This document shows positions 57,291 to 64,000 of a DNA stretch of 64,000 nt, in pieces. This stretch comes from Balanoglossus misakiensis. Its lineage: Eukaryota; Animalia; Hemichordata. The stretch is from NCBI GenBank assembly GCA_040954595.2, contig CM082595.2, positions 9,067,510 through 9,131,509 on the forward strand. The letters run 5' to 3'. The translations under genes were made by a program, and so were the position numbers. The stretch's first letter is position 1; every line of letters starts with the position of its first letter. The notes beneath the pieces are model-generated. The model was not told where the DNA came from, searched no databases, and saw only the letters and a list, made by a program, of their open reading frames with translations.

Positions 57291-58320
57291 CACCGTTTAT
57301 GTTAATGTAAATGTGGATATATAGTGATGCAACGTTCAACCGCACACACCTTCCATCCCGCATGTAGACACGAGAGCGAAAACTCGCCAAACTGAAAAAT
57401 CGGTCTCTACCATTTATTCATTTTGGGCGAGTTTTTACTCTCATATCATACAAGCAGGATGGAAGTTGTGTGTGGTTGAACGTTCATTCACTACATATAC
57501 ACATGCCCATTAATATAAACGGTGTCTTGTATCAAACATTATTAATAGAAAAGGGCGACGGGAGAGAGAGTTTGCCCCTTTAAGGCGACATGATGCATGA
57601 AGTGGCGAGAGATAAACGCGACTGACCACCGCATTAAACACTGTCAAGCAAGGCACTTCAAATGCCAATTGTTTAAGTGTGTACTAAGTAATAGCTTCAT
57701 GTACCATGTCCTGGGGGGGGGGGGAGGGGTCAAATCACAACAGTTGGACATGTACGAATATGAAGAGACGATATCAGTTTTTTCATGTCTTCCTTTAGTA
57801 AACAATCTTTTTTGAACTTTGTATAGAATTCATTGAACTTTACTTTAGCTTATGAACTCTCATTTGCACATCGTCATCTTGAAATTGTGTCGACTTTATC
57901 ATAAGGTTTTTATAACTCAACTAGGTCGCAAAACCTATTTAAGTTAGTGAGAATAGGACGTTCACCTTTTGGGTTGATGGCTACAGACATTAATCCTGAC
58001 TCATACACATGTTGCAGCCAGTATACTCTGCAGACATTGGACACAATAGTTTTACTAACCATTGAATTTTATTGGACCATCAAGTTTATTGACCCATGAC
58101 GTTCATATAGATTGTATGACACGACTGACGCTATAATCGGTCCATACCCTCGGCGAGCCAAGTGTTTTATAACATCATAAGATATTAATACCTATCACCC
58201 AGTCAAACGATTTCAAGTTATACAATTTCCACGCCAATAGGACGCCTTTAGGTGGAAATGCAACCAGATATCCTGAATAGGAAAATATTCCGGGTATCTG
58301 TCAAGTTTAGTCCCATATTT

Positions 58321-58740
58321 AGGGGACCAAGAGCCCTCAGGCGCTTGGTCCCCTTCTGTTATTGCTGGAGTTTGTCTTCTTTCTTCTTGAGTCGTTTTTT
58401 TGCGCCCGTTTTTCTCTGAAATTCCGGCAGGTGCGCCTTCCAAATTTGGCACGGTGGTTGGGGCCCATAGTACTGGTGCACCAGCCCTTTGAATTTGTAA
58501 TTAGTCACGTGACTTTGTTGCTATAATCGAGCGAAATTTTCAAATTGACCTAATTTGCACGTTAATGGGGGCATGTACATTCTTTTCGCGATATTTGTAG
58601 ACCATGTGGCAAAAATCCCCTGTGCCAAATTTCAAGGTCCTAGGCCACGTCGATTTTGAGAAGAAGATTTTTGTAATATTTTTTCGCTTTTTTTGGTGGG
58701 CTGAGGACGGACACTGGGGCATCGGACTTTGACCGTCATT
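58321..58740. mobile_element. HINE/Helentron-type fragment
   Basis: Terminal hairpin AGGGGACCAAG...CTTGGTCCCCT (58321-58354), a CTT-rich tract, and CCAAATTTGGCAC / GTGCCAAATTTCA...GAGAAGAAGAT motifs like those in 35872-36620. Confidence 0.6.
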
Positions 58741-58914
58741 ACGTTATGTTGTGGAGATCTCATTAGCAGGCTACTCACTTCTGGCGGGTTGCAGTAGTCC
58801 TTGGAAAATCGGCTGAAATACGTAAACAGACCAGTGATTATTTTCCACGGAATGAATTTTGGGACAACACATTATCGGAGTTCAGGCTGTGTTAGGGCGT
58901 TTTATTGAATTACG

Positions 58915-60414
58915 CTGAGTTTGGATTGACTACTGTGTTACCACTGAAATTTCTCATAGCAATGTTCTTTCAATTTCGAGTCTTTGCAATGTTGTTGACT
59001 CCGACCATATTCCTGTTTCAATAGAGGTTCATTTCAACACTTCTGCTGATGAAAGCTTCAGCAGTAGTTCCTTCAAGCAATGTAATTTTCGAGTTGATTG
59101 GAAAAAATTGTCACAGCAGAATATATCCGCCTACACCGGTTGTACCAAAGCCAAGATTGATAAGATTAATTTATCCGAAGAGTTATTCTGCACTAATGTG
59201 AACTGTACAGACCCTTCGCATTTACAGGCAATTGATACTTGTTATAGTAGTATTGTGGACGCATTGAATTGTGCTGCAAAAGATACCATTAGACGTAAGT
59301 TTCACCAGAAAGTTCATGTTGTGCCTGGCTGGAACGATTTTGTAAAAGAAAGTCACGACTATGCCCGTTCCATGTTTTTATTATGGGTTAATGTGGGTTA
59401 ACCTAAACAAGGCCCGCTTTTTGAAACCATGAAATCTTCCAGAGCTCGTTTTTAGTATGCTTTACGTGCTTGTAAAAAGATTGAGAATCAAAATAGGGCT
59501 GACAAGATGGCTGATAATTTACGCTGCCACAAACAGAACGACTTCTGGGAGGAAGTCAGAAAGCAAACTAGCAGAAAAACGCCGCTTTCTGACACTGTAG
59601 GTGGAGCGACTGGTGAGAGTGAAATTGCAATTATGTGGCACAAGCATTTCAGTGATATTTTGAATTCTGTCCAGGCTCAGACTGGTAAAAATGACATCGA
59701 AGTATGTTAAATTTTCTTCTGATATGTATGTTTCTGAAGACGAAGTAATTTCTGCTATACATAAGTTACCTGATGGTAAGACAGCTGGCATTGACAATAT
59801 TTTAGCTGAGCACCTCAAATTCTCAGACTCCTCTATTTTACCCTTTTTGACTTGTTGTATTAATGCAATGATTGTTCATGGTTACCTGCCAACTGAGGCT
59901 ATCAATGTTAATTTAGTTCCAATTATTAAGGATAAAACTAAGCTTTGTAGTGATGCCAGTAACTACCGGCCGATAGCACTAGCAACTGTTTTCTCTAAAG
60001 TTTTTGAGCATATTTTACTTTCTCGTTGTGAGGAGTTTCTTACCTCTCATTATTTACAATTTGGTTTCAAGCGAGAACATTCAACTGACCTGTGTTTATT
60101 TGCATTTAAAGAAATCATTAGCTACTACACCAGCAATGGAAGACCAGTGTTTACTTGTTTTCTGGATGCTTCAAAAGCTTTTGACAGAGTTAATCACTTT
60201 AAACTGGTTATAATTAACAAGCACATCGACAGGAATGTTCCCTTGTATGCTGTACGAATTTTATATTAATGGTACAGAAATCAATTGTTTACTGTGTTGT
60301 GGGGTAATGAAACCTCAGAGTTGTTTTCTGTTTCTAACGGTGTAAGACAAGGGGGGGGGGGTACTCTCTCCCTATCTTTTTAATGTCTACATTGATGATA
60401 TTATCAATGCTCTC
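58915..60414 (+). mobile_element. Degenerate RTE-X-like LINE fragment (endonuclease C-terminus to RT), interrupted by the next LINE
   Basis: Motifs WIDYC, SDHIP, VPGWN, NYRPIAL, QFGFK, FLDASKAFDRVNH and GVRQGG..LSPYLFNVYIDD. Several stops and frameshifts. Ends abruptly before the YADD-type motif. Confidence 0.85.
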
Positions 60415-60516
60415 TGCGCATGTCTTGAGTTGTACACAGCACTGTAACGTCGCTCCTGATTTTCAACTCTAAAAACTACCGTAACCCAACGAAGTATCCC
60501 CTCCTAAAGAAGCCAA

Positions 60517-61380
60517 ATGAAGTGTAATGACTGCGGAAGCACAAGGGGAGTACATCTATGCCAGGGAGATCTCGAGCTCTGCAGAAAATGTGAAAGAGGA
60601 CGTTTTGGAAACTCAAGTCCGACCGGTGCGACCACCAAAGGTGAGAACAAAGGCAAGATGGCCGACAACTCCAATGAACCAAACCAGCTTGCAGAAATCC
60701 TCAGAAAGTTAACATCACTAGAACAGAAAATGGACAAGATACCAGCTGTTGAAAGAAAACTAAACGATCTCCAGGAATCCGTAGAATATGTGAGTAACTA
60801 TTTTGAGGAATACAAACGTCAAATGCAAACAATCGAAGACGACAACAAGCATTTGAAAAACGAACTTGAAACCATGCGTAACAGATATACCGACACTCAA
60901 CGACAACTCGAGGATTTGCAGCAATACACCAGAAGAAATAATCTAGAAATACACGGAGTGCCCGAAAGGCCAAATGAGGACGTTACAGAGATAATGGTGA
61001 AAGTTGCTGAGACGATAGGAGTGAACATAACTAAACATGACGTGGACATCTGCCACCGAATTCCTTCCCGATCAGCCGAAGGAAAAAAACTACCTCACCC
61101 GATAATCGTAAGATTTGTCAGAAGATCCACTAGAGATAAAAAAAACCTCAGAAACAAATCGACGTTTGATATGAACATTGACCAAGACAGGACAAGCAGA
61201 GTCTTCATCAACGAAAACTTAAGCCCGGTAAATAGACAACTGTTCTATAAAGCCAACATGAAGAGGAAGGCGTTGCAGTGGAAATTCATATGGACAAACA
61301 ATGGGAAGATTTTCATTAGGAAGGAACAAGGAGAAAGAGCCATCGCGATCTCGTCGATGAGTGATATTGACCGACTGTAA
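60517..61380 (+). CDS. LINE ORF1p: Cys4 zinc-finger-like N-terminus, coiled coil, RRM (transposase-22-like) and C-terminal domain
   Basis: Motifs CNDC...CRKC, a heptad region, LQQYTRRNNLEIHGVPE, IIVRF, FINENLS and WKFIWTNNGKIF. ATG at 60517. Confidence 0.9.
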   Translation: MKCNDCGSTRGVHLCQGDLELCRKCERGRFGNSSPTGATTKGENKGKMADNSNEPNQLAEILRKLTSLEQKMDKIPAVERKLNDLQESVEYVSNYFEEYKRQMQTIEDDNKHLKNELETMRNRYTDTQRQLEDLQQYTRRNNLEIHGVPERPNEDVTEIMVKVAETIGVNITKHDVDICHRIPSRSAEGKKLPHPIIVRFVRRSTRDKKNLRNKSTFDMNIDQDRTSRVFINENLSPVNRQLFYKANMKRKALQWKFIWTNNGKIFIRKEQGERAIAISSMSDIDRL

Positions 61381-61415
61381 CTTCTCCTCAACAGAACTAT
61401 CTACTAACAGTACTC

Positions 61416-64000
61416 ATGGAACCGGACACTGAAACTTTACAAGCGCACTATCAGTGCAACGAATATTCAGTAGACCAGTTACACCCAGGTAGTAATAATT
61501 CTCCCTTAAAAGCTAATTATTCTTCATTTTCTGTTCTCCATGTCAACGTGAGATCGATCCAAAAACACTTTGATGACATGGTTTCCTTTTTGAGTGTTTT
61601 ACAGTACAACTTTCCCATTATAGCTTTGACTGAAACCTGGTTACATAATGAATTGGATTGTTCTCTGTACAAATTACCATATTACACACTTATCACCTCC
61701 AATCGTAATTATTCCCAAGGTGGTGGAGCTGCTATGTACGTTCATGATTCCGTCGCATATACACCTGTCACAGCGCTCGAAATTGCTCACTGTGAATCGT
61801 TATTCATTGAGACGAGCTTGTTGAGAAGGAAACTGATAATTGGTGTTGTCTACAGGAAGCCTAATACCTCAACCCATGATTTTCTAGAGAGTTTTGAAAG
61901 GTGCCTTGACACCATTTCTTCTATGAACAGGCAGTGTATTATACTGGGCGATTTTAACATTGATCTAGGCTGCACCAACTCTATCAATGCTAGCTATCTT
62001 TCCCTTCTCAACAGCTATAATTTTGTACAGATGATTGACACGCCAACTCGTAAGACTCAAATTTCTAGCACTGTTATTGACCATATCATAACAAACATTA
62101 ATGATTTCTTTATTGACTGTGGTAGTGTTTTAACTGATATAAGTGATCATTTCCCAATATTTGCAACAATCAAGAATTTTGAACATGTTTTTGCCAACAA
62201 TTCTTCGTACAGATGTGATTTTAGTAAGTACAATTGTCACTCTTTCCTTTCTGATCTCAGGAATGTCTCCTGGCAACCGGTTTACAACTGTACCGATCCG
62301 AATGATGCATACACTACATTTTATAACATATTTTGTGATATTAGCAAACAGCATGTTCCTGTCAAAAAGTACAAATCAAACGGTAATCAACTCATTTGTA
62401 AACCATGGCTGTCCAGAGGCCTTCTGAGATCAATTAAAACAAAAAATAAGTTATTTTCTCGAATGAAAAAATCCAATCAGAATGTCTCCCTCAAGAATGT
62501 GTACAATCGGTATCGCAACATTCTGACAAGGTGTCTGAGATTAGCCAAAAAACAGTACTATGCCATGAAGTTTAAGTCTGTTGCAGGTAATCCTCGTAAA
62601 ATCTGGAAAACTGTCAACGAAATTTTTAGTAGGAACAAAAACACACATTCCTGCCCAAAACATATAAAAAAAGACAATAGCAACAGTACTTTGACAGATA
62701 CTGTAGATATTGCTAACCATTTTAATGATTACTTCACTAATATTGGTCCCACCCTTGCTGAAAAAATAGCCCCCTCAAATGATTTCTGTAATTATCTCAA
62801 GGGCAATTACTCGTCGTCCTTCTTTTTTCGACCTGTTTTAGAAAGTGATATCGAGAAAGAAATAACTAGCCTTGATCCCAACAAATCTATGGGCTATGAC
62901 CACGTTCACCCCAGATTAATAATCGATGCTGCTAAGTACATCTCTGGTCCTTTGACTTATATCATTAATATTTCCCTTTCGAATGGTATTTTTCCTGATT
63001 CCCTTAAATTTGCAAAAATTACCCCTGTTTATAAGAAAGGTTCTTCTTCTGAGGTCAGCAACTATAGGCCCATTTCCATTCTACCAATCATAAGTAAAAT
63101 TGTAGAATCTGTTGTAAAAAAACAACTCATCTCATTTCTCGACAAATTTAGCATTCTCTCTGACACTCAGTATGGGTTTCGAAAATTGTATAGTACAAAA
63201 CTTGCATTAGCAGATATTATTTCAGATATTATAGACAATATGGACATGGGTTCTACTACACTAGGTATTTTTATTGACTTTAAGAAAGCCTTTGACACAA
63301 TAGACCATAGCATTCTTCTGCAGAAACTCTCACACTATGGAATCAGAGGCCTTCCGCTTAATTGGTTTACAAGTTATCTTCATAATCGCCATCAGGTGGT
63401 TGCTATTGACAAGAGTATTTCAGATCCAAAGATTGTAAAATGTGGAATACCACAAGGTTCTATTCTTGGTCCACTTCTGTTCCTCATTTACATTAATGAT
63501 ATTGTTCTATCAACCAGCGCATTTGATTTTAAACTTTTCGCAGATGATACAAGTCTGTTTAAATGTACAAGCTGCAATGTCAACTTTAATCAAATCAACA
63601 GTGACTTCAAGTTGGTCAAAGATTGGTGTGATGCCAATAAATTGACCATTAACGCTAGTAAAACTAACTATATGTTAATTAATTCCATTCATAAACCAAC
63701 TCATGCTCAGGGTCAACTAGAAATTGACAGCTCTCTTGTTGAGAATGTCTCTTCCACTACTTACCTTGGTGTCATCATTGACTGCGCTCTGAGGTGGAAA
63801 TCGCACATTGAGAAAGTCAGGAGCACTATCAGCCCAATTGTTGGAGTTATTTCAAAAATACGTCACTTTGTACCCAAGTCCACCTTGCTTTTACTTTACA
63901 ACTCCTTAATTTTACCACACTTAATGTATTGTATTGAAATATGGGGGCATACATACCATTCAGCCCTACAACCACTTTTTCGTCTTCAGAAAAGATTGGT
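61416..64000 (+). CDS. LINE ORF2p (APE endonuclease + reverse transcriptase), 3'-partial
   Basis: ATG at 61416. HVNVRS and ALTETW at the start and IDFKKAFDT, GIPQGS and FADD were checked in the same frame; GDFN, SDHFP and NYRPIS lie between. Absent from the ORF track, consistent with no stop before 64000. Confidence 0.92.
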   Translation, partial: MEPDTETLQAHYQCNEYSVDQLHPGSNNSPLKANYSSFSVLHVNVRSIQKHFDDMVSFLSVLQYNFPIIALTETWLHNELDCSLYKLPYYTLITSNRNYSQGGGAAMYVHDSVAYTPVTALEIAHCESLFIETSLLRRKLIIGVVYRKPNTSTHDFLESFERCLDTISSMNRQCIILGDFNIDLGCTNSINASYLSLLNSYNFVQMIDTPTRKTQISSTVIDHIITNINDFFIDCGSVLTDISDHFPIFATIKNFEHVFANNSSYRCDFSKYNCHSFLSDLRNVSWQPVYNCTDPNDAYTTFYNIFCDISKQHVPVKKYKSNGNQLICKPWLSRGLLRSIKTKNKLFSRMKKSNQNVSLKNVYNRYRNILTRCLRLAKKQYYAMKFKSVAGNPRKIWKTVNEIFSRNKNTHSCPKHIKKDNSNSTLTDTVDIANHFNDYFTNIGPTLAEKIAPSNDFCNYLKGNYSSSFFFRPVLESDIEKEITSLDPNKSMGYDHVHPRLIIDAAKYISGPLTYIINISLSNGIFPDSLKFAKITPVYKKGSSSEVSNYRPISILPIISKIVESVVKKQLISFLDKFSILSDTQYGFRKLYSTKLALADIISDIIDNMDMGSTTLGIFIDFKKAFDTIDHSILLQKLSHYGIRGLPLNWFTSYLHNRHQVVAIDKSISDPKIVKCGIPQGSILGPLLFLIYINDIVLSTSAFDFKLFADDTSLFKCTSCNVNFNQINSDFKLVKDWCDANKLTINASKTNYMLINSIHKPTHAQGQLEIDSSLVENVSSTTYLGVIIDCALRWKSHIEKVRSTISPIVGVISKIRHFVPKSTLLLLYNSLILPHLMYCIEIWGHTYHSALQPLFRLQKRL

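Larger units (their letters stand above)
60415..64000 (+). mobile_element. Crack/Daphne-like (CR1/L2 group) LINE with its 5' end intact, running off the window
   Basis: ~100-bp 5' UTR, ORF1, 35-nt spacer, then ORF2 with APE endonuclease and RT. YNSLILPHLMYCIEIWG near the window end. Confidence 0.9.

Noticed and set aside
57960-58065. Candidate first (signal-peptide) exon of the Uif-like gene
   Set aside because: GT donors exist, but no ATG-initiated hydrophobic phase-0 reading could be built.

Overview
AT-rich, repeat-dense DNA from an intron-containing animal genome; the TE repertoire suggests a marine invertebrate (inference). Left to right: (1) 0-6.6 kb holds MITEs, a Helentron/HINE-type repeat, a 5'-truncated L2 LINE and several small tandem repeats. 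(2) 6.6-30.0 kb is a ~23.4 kb satellite of 90-bp and 74/75-bp monomers with kb-scale higher-order duplications. The long ORFs on both strands there are artefacts of the 90-bp period. (3) 30.9-56.9 kb on the minus strand holds 16 exons, reconstructed by hand, of a C-type lectin-CUBx3-CCPx4-EGF_CAx2 gene resembling the N-terminus of Uninflatable. It looks like an unprocessed pseudogene: a nonsense codon, an AG>CG acceptor, a lost donor, and a frameshifted, MITE-truncated exon. (4) One intron carries an intact, apparently very recent Ty3/Gypsy element (47920-55985) with 644-bp LTRs, a 4-bp TSD, a tRNA-Ser PBS, an RRM+PNMA-like gag and a -1 frameshifted pol. Its LTR has an unusual layout: the predicted first ~65 transcribed nt are repeated just before the poly(A) signal, and a GT-AG intron would remove exactly one copy. 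(5) 58.9-64 kb is a decayed RTE-X LINE interrupted by an apparently intact Crack/Daphne-like LINE that runs off the window.
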